Notes: generated by a model from the letters alone, not told the origin. Positions 53,623 through 64,000 are shown, numbered from the stretch's first letter. The stretch is DNA of 64,000 bases from Podarcis melisellensis (GCA_964234715.1 OZ174287.1); one strand, 5' to 3'. Program-made: numbers and translations.

Positions 53623-55556
53623 CTACCTCTCCCAAATACCCCACCCTCACTCACTAAAGAAGGGAGATCCTTAATGAGGCAGTCTGCAATGAAGCACTCA
53701 ATTGCCTTTCCATTGCTTATATTCTAGTGTGCTCCATACGCCTGTCCCACAGCCTCTGGGAACTGAGAAGCGAGTGGAGGGGTACACCTCAATCCCACAG
53801 GGGTTTTGGACTCATGAAGAGTTGTCTTTAGTACGGGTGGGGGTGGGATAGAGTAGTTCAATTTCAGGAATGAAAGTTCTGGGGGCTCATGGCTGCTAGG
53901 CTTTTCAGGTGGCACTGATGACCTGGATCCAACTAGCTCTTTGTCCGAGTCCTAGCTGCTGTTCAAGGCCAGGGCCATGACAATCCAGCCCAATACCCTG
54001 AAAGTCCAGCCTCATGCTCACAAAAGCACACCCCTTCACCAAGAACGCAAGGCACAAAAAGTCCAGGCTGAAACCTCAGAGAAAACGAACACATTTGTAT
54101 GCATGGATTTTTTTTCCTGAACACAATTGTGAGGTTGACTAGGCTGAGAGGGTGACTTGTCCAAGGTCACCATATACCTTCACAGGTGGCGGAGAGTTAG
54201 ACCTGGTTCTGCCTAGTCCAGGTTTAACACACACAAGTCCTACACTTCACTGGCTCTTAATGACAGAATGCTTGGCTGGCAGCCATTGCCCTTTAAGAAG
54301 CTACATTGGCTCAGAAGTAAGAACAAGGTCATGAAGGATTTCCCTGGCTCACAGTACGTCAGCCACCTGATAGGGTCAACAACATGGTTAATGGATAATG
54401 CAGCAGCACTTTTATCAAGCTTTCTTGCCTCTTTGATCTGACTACTTCTGGCATTTGTTCTTGTTTGTTAAAATGAAAATCAATTTAGGAGCAGTGACTC
54501 TGAGTGGACAGGCAGGTGCTTAACCCCTCCCTCACTGCTTATTTACAAATTCCTGGAAACTGCCAAAAACTTGAATGCTGCTTGACGCTCTGGAAAAAAC
54601 TCACCAACCCCTCAAGAAAAATATTGTCCTTCCTTTAACAATAGTTTAAGATTCAATTATTTTACAAGCAGACTGTCTCTAATTGGTTTTTGTTTTGTTT
54701 TGTTTTACGGCCTTCTATTCCTCCTGTTTTTAATTTAATATTATTCTATTATTGGTACTTTTTTGTCTCAGTTGGGGTGGGGAACTTTTGATCCTCCAGA
54801 TGTTACTGGACTACAACTCCTATCACCCTTGACCAGTAGCTCTGCTGCCCGCAACTAATAGGAAATGTAGCCCAACAACATCGGGAAGTCCACAGGTTTC
54901 CCATCCTTGGTTTAGATTAAGGTAAAGTCATTATGATGTCCTATCTCCATACGTGTCTTGATAGTAACTAGTTTTCAGATACTTTATCAATAGTAAGAGA
55001 AATAATTTGCTGACAAATGTGGAAATGGAAAGACCTAGAAGTAAGTAGAAGCATATCGTGAATAACATGCTTGATTTGACAAGGTCAGCAAAGAAATAGA
55101 ACTGAAAACATGTGGTAAAGGAGTATTTATTTTAGCATTAGGAAATGCTGGCAAATCTGTACAAATATTTTCAAGCAAGTCAAGTTGTATCAACTAAGGA
55201 AAATGTGTCTATGTAGTTAGTTACAACTGTCAGCTGTATGTCGAAGTTGGCATCTTCTAACCTTAGAAGATTATTCTTCCATCTAAGAAAAAGGGCTTCC
55301 AGCTAAGTATGGATTAATTTGCTAGATCAATCAACTTCAGATCTAGGTATCAAATGCGGTCCTCCATGCCATCAAGGCTGGTCCATTAGGGTGAATGGGG
55401 CGCTGCTCCACCAAGCTCAGCCTGCCCTCAGTCTGCCCTGCCCTGCCTGCCTTCTTACAGTCAGTCTAATCGGTGACACCACCTGTCAGCCTCCTTCTCC
55501 TTAGTCTCAGTGTTGTCCTTATAGAACTCAGAAGGGAAGAGAAAGGCCATGCCTAT

Positions 55557-55968
55557 TGTGATGGGATAATGAGCTGCTTGTGCGTAAAAGCTTGATCCCT
55601 CTGGTGTTTGGCTGGTCATCCAAACCAAGGCACTAACGGAGCCTCCCAAGGCGTGACTCCGTTAGTCGCTGGTAGAATCTGACAGTGGGCGTCTACGAAA
55701 TTTACTCCAACATAAAAGTTGTTTCACGGACATGCGCCTTCGTGACTCTCTACGTGACAGCTTCCGGCGAAGGGTGGGAGTTGCCAACGGGGGTCTTGTT
55801 ACCTCTGCACTATTCTCACTAGAAGTATCCCAGAGCCCTCCCTCCTCCGACTCCCCTTCTGCCGGAGCTTCTGCTCTCCCCCTGCTGGTTCCCTCCTCCG
55901 CTGCAGAATCTCTCCGAGTCTGCTGGAGCCCCGGCACCAACTCTCTTTCCGATGGCAGTTCCCTGACA
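55557..55968 (-). repeat. 3' LTR of the chromovirus (412 bp)
   Basis: Identical to 60662-61073; preceded on the minus strand by a polypurine tract. Confidence 0.97.
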
Positions 55969-58900
55969 TCCACCTCCCCCTCAGGGCCCCCTTCACCCCC
56001 CGCGTCCTCTCCCACTGGCGGTGAAGGCGGAAAGCCCCTAAAGGAACTCTCCTCGTCGTCCGAGGATTCAAACACTTCTAACCATGGCGTACCGTCTCTC
56101 TCCCCGTCTTCCTCTTCTTTGTCGGAGTCGGCTTCCTCACCCACCCCTGACTCTGGGAACCCTCCAAACTCTCCTTCCTCATCAGTGGTCCCAAAGTGTT
56201 CCCTTCTAAATCGTGCCACGGGTTGCGGTTTCTTTGGGAAACGCCTATGAAATGTTTCTATTAAAACCTCGTCATTGACTACCTCAGCGGGTACCCAAGT
56301 GTTTTCCGACTCTACTTCCCCCTCCCATTCTACCAGATATTCCACCTGATCCCCCTTCCACCTGGAATCAATGATTCCTGCCACGTTCATGTCGCGTTCT
56401 CTCTCTTCTATCACGGGCGTTCGGGAGACCTCTCTCTCACGCTCCCCCCCCCATTCACGTCCCTCTCGGTACGGCGACAGTAATGACCTGTGAAATACTG
56501 GGTGCAATTTCATGTGACTGGGCAGTCTGAGTTTGAATGCTACTGGGTTCACCTGCTGTATGACCTCAAAGGGTCCCAATCTTTTGGGTTTCAGTTTCTT
56601 ACAACCCCCCTTGAAAGGTAGTCCCTGGGTGGATAGCCACACCCGGTCTCCCACCCTTATAGTTTCACCTTCCCTCCTATTTTTGTTTGCTTGCTTTTTA
56701 TATTCTTCCTTGGCTCTCTCTAAGTTAAGTTGTAGCTGACGGTGGATGGCTTCCATCTCTTCAACAAAATGTTCCGCTGCCGGCACACTCCACCTCTCCC
56801 CTCCTTCTCCTGGAAATGCCCTGGGATGACACCCATAATTTGCCAGAAAGGGACTCAGCCCTGTGGACACGTTCTCAGCGTTGTTGTAGGCAAATTCTGC
56901 CAGAGGTAACTTATCTACCCAATCATTTTCTCGGTCCTTTACATAACACCTCAGGTATTGTTGTAAAATCCCGTTTGCCCTTTCCGCTTGCCCATTTGTT
57001 TCCGGGTGCCGGGCAGTGGAGAAATTGATTTCCACGTGCAGTAAGCTCATAAGTTTCCTCCAGAACCTGGAAGTAAACTGTTTCCCTCTGTCGCTGACCA
57101 CCCTCAAGGGGGCCCCATGCAACCGGAAAATATGCTCTACGAACAACTTGGCGGTTTCCTCCGCTGTGACCGCATGTGAACAGGCTATAAAATGACACAT
57201 CTTAGTTAATAGATCTACCACTACCATGACCGCCGTTTTGCCCTTGGATTTTGGCAGGTCCGTCATAAAATCTATGGAGACTGCCTCCCATGGCCTTTCT
57301 GGTGTGGGTAAGGGTTGTAAGAGCCCCGCTGGCGCCACCCTCTCCCCTTTCGCTCGCTGGCACCTGTCGCAACCCCTGACATATTCCCGTACATCCTCCC
57401 TCACCTTGGGCCACCAAAAATCCCTGGTAACCAACCACATGGTTTTGTGCTGTCCAAAATGCCCCGCTGTGGGGCTATCATGCAACTGCTTGAGTACTCT
57501 GCCCCTCAGTTCCCCATCAGGTATGTACAGTGCCCCTTTGTAATACAACGCCCCACTCTTTTCTTCAAACCCCCCTGTGTTCTCCGCTGTCCTCCTGAGT
57601 TCTCTGAGTTTCTCTTGGGCGTATTCGTCGTTCTCCGTGCCCTCTAACAGTTCTTTCTGCCCCACCAAAGCCGCCCCACACACCCAGCGGTCTTCAGGGA
57701 TTACGTGCCTTGCTTCCGGCGCGCCCTCCCCCTCTAAGTACTCAGGCTTTCTGGAAAGAGCGTCCGCTCTTACGTTCTCGGACCCTGGCACGTAACGAAT
57801 CTCAAAATTGAATTTGGAGAACTCCTGGGCCCATCTCACTTGTCTCTGGTTCAGCACTCGGGCTGTTCTCCAGTACTCCAGATTTTTGTGGTCCGTCCGG
57901 ACTTGAACCTTGTGCTGCGCCCCAATCAGCAAGTGCCGCCATCTCCGGAATGCTTCATGAATGGCGAGCAGTTCTCGGTCGTATACTGTGTAGTTCCTCT
58001 CGGATTTGTTCAACTTCCGCGAGAAGAATGCACACGGTCTCCATTCAGACGCATCTTTCCCCGGCTGGAGAAGCACGGCCCCTACCACTCGGTCTGACGC
58101 GTCCGTCTCCACTCGCATTGGTTGCCGTAGATCCACGTGCAAAAGTTGCTCCTCCGACGCAAACGCTGCCTTTAAGCGTTCGAATGCCCCTTGCGCTTCT
58201 TCCGTCCAAGCAAATTTTTTCTTGCTGCTAAGACAATCCGTGATGGACGCTGTTAAATGGGCAAAATTCTTGATGAACTTCCTATAGAAGTTTCCGAAGC
58301 CCAGGAACCTTTGCACGTCCTTCTTGGTCTTTGGTGTTTTCCATTCCAGTACCGCTTGAACCTTGCTGGGATCCATAGCCAACCCCTTGTCAGACAACCG
58401 GTACCCCAGGAATTCCACCTCCCTGCTATGAAACTGGCATTTCTCCAGTTTCACCCACAGCCGATTTTCTCGCAGCTTGCTCAGTACTTCTCTAACATCT
58501 CGCACATGCTGCTCCTCATTCTCTGAGTACACCAGGACGTCATCTAAGAACGCCACGCAGTTCTTGTAAAGCAATGGCCCCAGGACGTGATTCATGAATG
58601 ATTGAAAGCAGGCGGAGCCCGCTTGTAATCCAAAAGGCATAACGAGGTACTCAAACGCCCCCAAGGGGGTGAACATAGTGGTTTTCCACTCATCCCCCTT
58701 CCTCACGCGTATCAAGTTATATGCCCCCCTAAGGTCCAGCTTAGTAAAAATCTTCCCTTTTCTCACCCGTGTCAGAATGTCATCAATTCTGGGCATAGGG
58801 AAAGTCACTGGTTCTGACACAGCATTTAGGGCCCTGAAATCACACACAAGCCTGGGTTTGCCCGTGTTTTTTTTGTCCACAAAGAACACTGGGCTGCCCC

Positions 58901-59660
58901 CCACCGCTCGTGACTCTCTGATGAAACCTCGCTTGAGGTTCTTGTCAATGAACTCCCTTAACTCCTGCATCTCACGGTCTGACATGGCATACAGCTTGCC
59001 CACTGGCAATTGTGCTCCTGGGAGTAAGGTGATTTGACAGTCAAAGGGTCTGTGCGGGGGCAGTTTATCAGCTTCCTTTTCACTGAAGACGTCAATCAAA
59101 TCAGCGTATTGTGGTGGCACCTTCCCCTTGTCAGTCACTTCCATCCCTGCTAGAGTGGCTCTGGCCCCTGCCTGACCCTCTCCCTCCTTGCAGTGTTCTA
59201 GGCAATGTGCTGAACCAAAGGAAACAACCCTCTGATGCCAGCCTACTAGCGGATCGTGTAGTGCCAGCCAGCTCATTCCCAGAATGATGGGAGCTCCTCC
59301 CAAGGTGGCTACATTAAACGCTATCAGTTCTGTGTGTCTTGCCACCCTCATAATCATTGGTACAGTCTGTTGGCTCACTTCTCCCCCCAACAGTTCCCTC
59401 CCATCAATCGTGGTTACTTGCAAAGGCTTACTTAATGGGAGAGTTTGTATCTGGTGTTCAGCAGCAAACTCCTTACTCATGAAATTACAGGAGCTGCCTG
59501 AATCCAATAGCGCTTTTATCTTTAGTGGGTGTCCGTTTGACAGTTCCAGCAACACCTCTATCACAAGCGCTGGTCTTGGAGGTTCCGGCGTGGGCACATT
59601 CATTACTCCCTGGCCTGGCTGCTGTGCCCTGATGTTGGCAACCAGGCGTTGGCTTTTACT
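55662..59660 (-). CDS. pol: Pol polyprotein (aspartic protease, RT, RNase H, integrase, chromodomain, acidic/basic tail), probably expressed by -1 frameshift from gag
   Basis: Within ORF 55662..59774: ALLDSG (PR), KLDLRGAY/PFGL/FLDD (RT), ETDASD/TDHKNL (RH), HDSPTAGH...CDRC, IDF, SDRG, ETNGQAE (IN), GPF, IIDSRWKG-QVEYLVEWEG-ENTWVP (chromodomain). The start given is the inferred frameshift site. Confidence 0.95.
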   Translation of the reverse strand, partial: SKSQRLVANIRAQQPGQGVMNVPTPEPPRPALVIEVLLELSNGHPLKIKALLDSGSSCNFMSKEFAAEHQIQTLPLSKPLQVTTIDGRELLGGEVSQQTVPMIMRVARHTELIAFNVATLGGAPIILGMSWLALHDPLVGWHQRVVSFGSAHCLEHCKEGEGQAGARATLAGMEVTDKGKVPPQYADLIDVFSEKEADKLPPHRPFDCQITLLPGAQLPVGKLYAMSDREMQELREFIDKNLKRGFIRESRAVGGSPVFFVDKKNTGKPRLVCDFRALNAVSEPVTFPMPRIDDILTRVRKGKIFTKLDLRGAYNLIRVRKGDEWKTTMFTPLGAFEYLVMPFGLQAGSACFQSFMNHVLGPLLYKNCVAFLDDVLVYSENEEQHVRDVREVLSKLRENRLWVKLEKCQFHSREVEFLGYRLSDKGLAMDPSKVQAVLEWKTPKTKKDVQRFLGFGNFYRKFIKNFAHLTASITDCLSSKKKFAWTEEAQGAFERLKAAFASEEQLLHVDLRQPMRVETDASDRVVGAVLLQPGKDASEWRPCAFFSRKLNKSERNYTVYDRELLAIHEAFRRWRHLLIGAQHKVQVRTDHKNLEYWRTARVLNQRQVRWAQEFSKFNFEIRYVPGSENVRADALSRKPEYLEGEGAPEARHVIPEDRWVCGAALVGQKELLEGTENDEYAQEKLRELRRTAENTGGFEEKSGALYYKGALYIPDGELRGRVLKQLHDSPTAGHFGQHKTMWLVTRDFWWPKVREDVREYVRGCDRCQRAKGERVAPAGLLQPLPTPERPWEAVSIDFMTDLPKSKGKTAVMVVVDLLTKMCHFIACSHAVTAEETAKLFVEHIFRLHGAPLRVVSDRGKQFTSRFWRKLMSLLHVEINFSTARHPETNGQAERANGILQQYLRCYVKDRENDWVDKLPLAEFAYNNAENVSTGLSPFLANYGCHPRAFPGEGGERWSVPAAEHFVEEMEAIHRQLQLNLERAKEEYKKQANKNRREGETIRVGDRVWLSTQGLPFKGGCKKLKPKRLGPFEVIQQVNPVAFKLRLPSHMKLHPVFHRSLLSPYREGREWGGEREREVSRTPVIEERERDMNVAGIIDSRWKGDQVEYLVEWEGEVESENTWVPAEVVNDEVLIETFHRRFPKKPQPVARFRREHFGTTDEEGEFGGFPESGVGEEADSDKEEEDGERDGTPWLEVFESSDDEESSFRGFPPSPPVGEDAGGEGGPEGEVDVRELPSERELVPGLQQTRRDSAAEEGTSRGRAEAPAEGESEEGGLWDTSSENSAEVTRPPLATPTLRRKLSRRESRRRMSVKQLLCWSKFRRRPLSDSTSD
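55969..55982 (-). other. Polypurine tract
   Basis: Minus-strand GAGGGGGAGGTGGA abuts the 3' LTR. Confidence 0.85.
59592..59660 (-). promoter_or_regulatory. Putative gag-pol -1 frameshift signal with H-type pseudoknot
   Basis: Stem 1 GCCUGGUUGC/GCAGCCAGGC; stem 2 GGGCACA/UGUGCCC; 6-nt spacer after A_GUA_AAA; pol is in the -1 frame relative to the knuckle frame. Confidence 0.65.
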
Positions 59661-60615
59661 GGCTCCTCTATTTCGCCTTCCTCCTTTCCCCCAACAGTTC
59701 CCGCCATGCCCTGCCATTCCTTCCTTTGCGGACAAACTCTGGCAAAGTGCCCTGGCTGTTGGCAGAGATAACATCTCTTGGCGCTCTTTCCCTCCTTCTT
59801 CCGCCCTTCACTGGTGTTTGAAACTGCGCGCGCGCGTGCGCTGTTCCCAGCTCCATCGGCTCGGCGGGCGGGAAAGACTGCTCCGGAATCTCTGGAATGC
59901 GGAAGTCCTTCCAACGTTCCCCCTTTCCTTCCCGCCTTTCCAACGCTCTTGCTTCTAGGCGCGCTCCTATGGACAGTGCAGATTTAGTCAGCTGGTCCAT
60001 AGACTCTGCCCTGGGCGCCCGGGAAAGTTCATCTTTCACAGTTGGGGAGAGCCCTTCTTCAAATAACATTTGAATTGGTTCACTTGCTAGATCCCACCCC
60101 AGTCTATGAATAAGCATAGTGAACTCAGTCCAGTACTCACGTACAGATCAGCTCCCCTGTTTGCACCCCATCAACTGCCTCCGCACCACCCCCAGCTCAA
60201 TCTCGCTGGAAAACATCAAGTCCATGGCGCGAAAAAACTTCCTCGTGTCCTTTAAGATATCATTATTGGCTGCCATCAGAGGTCGAACCCAGTCCCTCGC
60301 CCCTCCCTCTAGATGGCTAATCACGTACGCCACTCTAGAGTTCTCATCGGTGAAGTCATCAAACAGTATATTGAGAGCATATTGCATCTCCGTTCTAAAG
60401 GCTTGATAGTTCCTGGGATCCCCCCCAAATCGCTGCACCAATCCAGGCACCTTTCTGGCAAGTGGGGCGGTTTTCCCCTTATCCGCATCTTGAGCCCTCC
60501 TCTCCTCCAGCCTCGCCGTTTGCAGCGCGAGCTGCACCTCCATCGCCCTGTACCTTTCCTCCAGGCTAGGACCTGCGCCAGCTCCAGCTCCTGCGGTTCC
60601 GGCTGGTTCGCTCAT
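59603..60615 (-). pseudogene. gag: Gag with capsid-like domain and CCHC zinc knuckle, disrupted by an in-frame TGA and a frameshift
   Basis: ATG at 60615 (MSEPAG...). RFGGDP...YVISHLEGGARDW...KQGS*SVREYW with the stop at 60148-60150. The same frame continues to EPMELG. The knuckle CYLCQQPGHFARVC lies in the -1 frame after a (GC)n run at about 59826-59840. Confidence 0.88.
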
Positions 60616-60648
60616 GATGCCCTCTGCTTGCACAAGCAGCTTACAAAG

Positions 60649-60659
60649 ACTGTCAGATT
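60649..60659 (-). other. Self-priming primer binding site (no tRNA complement)
   Basis: Minus-strand AATCTGACAGT lies 2 nt after the 5' LTR and is the exact complement of LTR-internal ACTGTCAGATT (60781-60791). There is no TGG tRNA-type PBS. Confidence 0.85.
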
Positions 60660-60661
60660 GC

Positions 60662-61073
60662 TGTGATGGGATAATGAGCTGCTTGTGCGTAAAAGCTTGA
60701 TCCCTCTGGTGTTTGGCTGGTCATCCAAACCAAGGCACTAACGGAGCCTCCCAAGGCGTGACTCCGTTAGTCGCTGGTAGAATCTGACAGTGGGCGTCTA
60801 CGAAATTTACTCCAACATAAAAGTTGTTTCACGGACATGCGCCTTCGTGACTCTCTACGTGACAGCTTCCGGCGAAGGGTGGGAGTTGCCAACGGGGGTC
60901 TTGTTACCTCTGCACTATTCTCACTAGAAGTATCCCAGAGCCCTCCCTCCTCCGACTCCCCTTCTGCCGGAGCTTCTGCTCTCCCCCTGCTGGTTCCCTC
61001 CTCCGCTGCAGAATCTCTCCGAGTCTGCTGGAGCCCCGGCACCAACTCTCTTTCCGATGGCAGTTCCCTGACA
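60662..61073 (-). repeat. 5' LTR of the chromovirus (412 bp)
   Basis: Reads base-for-base identical to 55557-55968; minus strand begins TGTCAGGGA and ends ATCACA. Confidence 0.97.
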
Positions 61074-61129
61074 CCTATCATTGGCTCTGGCTTCACCTAC
61101 TGCTTGACCTCCCTACCTTATTGCCCTAT

Positions 61130-61490
61130 GAACCCCAACAGACACCTGCTAGCAATGTCTCCATGCTTCTCTGACTGGCCCTTCAGACTCTCCTTCCAAC
61201 GGAGCAATAATCAACCCTGTTCTGCACCTTCCTTTAATGCAGATTAATATGGGGAGAGGCAGTCCTTTTGATACAGGAGTCCAAAGCAATGTAAGGCTTT
61301 AAAGATCAAAATCAGCACTTTGAATTGGGCTTGGAAACAAATTTGCAGCCAGTGTAGTCAGGCCAGAACCAATTCATGCATTCTTGCCTTACTTAACCAT
61401 CAAGCTGTCATATTCTATAAGGTCTTCAAAGGCAGCCTCCTATACCACACATTACAGTAGTCTAACCTGGAGGTTACCAGAACAAGTGGA
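61130..61490 (-). mobile_element. Degenerate L2 LINE fragment
   Basis: GGCTTTAAAG.TCAAAA.CAGCACTTTGAATTGGGC and CAGTAGTCTAACCTGGAGGT motifs; related to 17380-17590. Confidence 0.55.
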
Positions 61491-62619
61491 CAAGCACCTT
61501 GTCCACATTTTAAGCCTTATCAACTGTGCCCTGCTGATTTATATAGGAGGACTACCAAGTTTGCTAGTAGAGGGGTATAACAAGAAGTTGTTTTTTTGTT
61601 AATTTTAGTAGCAGGTCTAACTTCACCAAGTATACTTGATTTGAACACAATGTTTTAAAGAAGCCAGAGAAGAACACGTTACATGACCCACAAACTTGAA
61701 GTTGGGTTGCTTTTTTATGCTGTCTTGGGGGTGGGGGCATGAGAAAGATCTAAAAGGTGAACAAATCAATTACAGCTAACAGGTGAATAAATCAATTGCA
61801 CAGCATACCCTTCAGCTGTATGTATTTAATAGGTGACTTATTTTCTGTTTTGGTGTTAAGGTTGGTAGCATATGCCAAACGTGTATCTAATCTACAGCCC
61901 ACCTGCCAAATGTACTGTTTGATGGGCAGACTCTCTTAAATTTTGAAAATGGTAATATTTGTGGAATGAGAGACCCTGACAATAAAATTGGAGAAGTTTA
62001 TGAATTTTTCCTCAGTGCAAATAAAATAAACGATAAACAAGCAAATGTTAAAATGTACATTCTTGGTTGAAATATTTAGGCAATTCTTTGGTGAGATGAG
62101 TCACCAGACATCATGGGAACAGCTAGTGTTTCTCTGCTGTATTATACTACCTTCCATGAGAATAGAAAGGAAGCAGCAGCAGCCCACCATGCGCAATTTG
62201 CATAACACTTTGTGGAAAAAATTGTTCATATTTGTTCTGATATGGACTACAAGCTAATCACCGAGTCTGGCAATGCTTCTTAAGTATTGTATCTACTTGT
62301 TCCGCTATTACAAAGACTTTTCCAGTTATTATGAATACTTTTCAACTTGTACAACCTGAGGAAGCCGACAACAGCTTTTGAAGTTTGAAGCCAGACATTT
62401 GTCTTCTCATTGCCCACCTTGGTAGATTAAGACTGCCAGAAGGGGAACAGCAAATGGGTGTTGGAGGTAGAAAATGCTTCCTTATAGAACAGCAAGATTC
62501 AAGTGACCTTGAGGAAACAGTAGTGAGCTAGCCTGCAAATGGGGGAAAACTAGCTACTATCCCTTCAGCCTGCATAATTATGGACCAGTTTCTAATCTTT
62601 TTTTTTGCAAAGCGCCCCC

Positions 62620-63400
62620 CACCCCCCTCCTGTGTGGACAGTTCAATATTGGGTAGTCTTGGATCATAGGAATTCTCTAGACCCAGTACAACCTAGTTTC
62701 CCATCTGAGACTGACCTTGCTCATCCTGGTGGATACTGTAAGTCTCTTGCTGAACTGGGCCCAAGTGGCCCGTTTTGTGTGTTACTTCCAGTCCTACATG
62801 GGAAGGTGCATTCCAGAAGGTGGTGCTAGGGAATAACTGTTCATACCCTTGTACCAGAGGGCTTCATCTTGTTCCCTCTGCTATTTCACATTTGTATGAA
62901 ACAACTAGGAGACGTTATCTGGGGACTGCAGTGTTGTGTCATTAACATGTGGATGAAACAACTCTCTCCTTTCCATCAGAAAGCAGGGACAGCTGAAATC
63001 CTTAAGTGGTGTGTGAAGGCTGGGTGTGAGCCAGTGAACAGATATAATCTTGACAAGATGGAGGTACCATGGTTAGAGGTTTGCAGTCTGATACTGATTC
63101 CTGAAGTTGTTCCTGGAAGGTTAGATTGTGGTTATATCCAGGCATGTTTGTGCACAGCTTTGGCTGGTCTGTGATCTGTGGCCCTGCCTATAGAAAACTG
63201 ATCTGCACACTCTCACCCATGCTTTGGTTGCAACCAGGTTGGGCTGTATGCACTCTGTGGGGCTGTTTGGGGCCCATTACTTGGAGTTTTCAATGCTACT
63301 GGCCTTTCATATGTTTCCAGGTCTAATTCAAAGTGCTGTTTGTCAACTTTAAAGCCCTCTACAGTTTGGGCCTGGGATATCTAAAGGACTGCCTGCTTCC
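62620..63400 (+). mobile_element. Degenerate L2 LINE RT region
   Basis: VPEGFILFPLLFHICMKQLGDVI...VDE resembles the L2 RT motif PQGS..SPLLFNIYM..YADD; many lesions. Confidence 0.6.
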
Positions 63401-64000
63401 ACATGGTTTAGTTCACATGTTTATTATGTTCACATTTTAGTATTTTAGTATTTTGTTAATTTGTTTTTTACATTTGGATTTTTACTGTTTTTATTATTCC
63501 TGTGAGCAGCACTGGGGCAAAAACAGGGCATATATTTATATAAATAAATTAAATTGGGTATGTGTTTTTTTCTCTCAAACCCCTCTGTTTATACAGAAAG
63601 TTCCATCCTACTCTTCTACTGTCTATGTAAGGTGCTTCACAACCCACTAATATCACAATATAGCATAAAAAGATCCTTAATAAAAATGCAAAAAAATTAA
63701 AAAATAAGACAGAGGCAGGGAACTCTGTTTATTTTAAAATAAAACATTAAGTTGTGGTTCAGCAATGGCTGGAAGGCCAAGGGTTCCCCATCCTATTCTA
63801 CCGCCAGTGCAGTGTCCATTAGATTACCTGGCGTTCTCATCTTGGCTTACTTGCCTTGAGCTCCTGGCACATCATTTGATAAGAACAGGTTCATATGCTT
63901 GGGAAGCCCAGTTTGGGGTCTTGTTCCTGGAACCAGCTTTGACCCAGGACTATGGGCTGAATCTCTCCAATATGCCCTGTTAAAATTAAACTTTGCACCA

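Larger units (their letters stand above)
55557..61073 (-). mobile_element. Full-length Ty3/Gypsy chromovirus LTR retrotransposon (Tf1/sushi group)
   Basis: Two 412-bp direct LTRs with TG...CA ends; 5-bp TSD CCTAT (55552-55556 and 61074-61078); gag followed by PR-RT-RH-IN-chromodomain; PPT next to the 3' LTR. Confidence 0.97.

Noticed and set aside
55732-56250. 172-aa Ser/Pro-rich plus-strand ORF (and its LTR copy 60837-61247)
   Set aside because: Antisense shadow of the purine-rich acidic pol tail; no independent evidence of coding.
59661-59774. ATG at 59774 as the true pol start
   Set aside because: It overlaps the gag zinc knuckle in another frame; the pseudoknot position favours frameshift entry near 59655-59660.
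60767-61096. 109-aa ORF at the 5' LTR as a separate gene
   Set aside because: It is the LTR-encoded pol tail repeated in the 5' LTR, with a chance start in flanking DNA.

Overview
Non-coding, repeat-rich DNA from a squamate reptile. The Sauria SINE, POM-type SINE and lizard CR1 tails suggest a lacertid (Podarcis-like) lizard. I could not identify any host-gene exon. The window looks like an intron or gene desert with several blocks resembling conserved non-coding elements. The dominant feature is a very young, full-length Ty3/Gypsy chromovirus (Tf1/sushi type) on the minus strand at 55557-61073. It has two 412-bp LTRs that I read as identical, a 5-bp TSD (CCTAT), a tRNA-independent self-priming PBS, and a gag-pol pseudoknot behind a non-canonical shift site. 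Its gag carries two lesions, while the intact pol runs 101 codons into the 3' LTR. Older solo LTRs and remnants in the window also keep acidic, then Pro/Arg-rich, coding potential in U3, which suggests a lineage-wide 'coding LTR' design. Other content: Penelope-like ends carrying minimal hammerhead ribozyme cores, a CR1 insertion carrying an inverted copy of nearby DNA, an ERV-like solo LTR, RTE/BovB and L2 fragments, SINEs, and hAT and Tc1/mariner MITEs.
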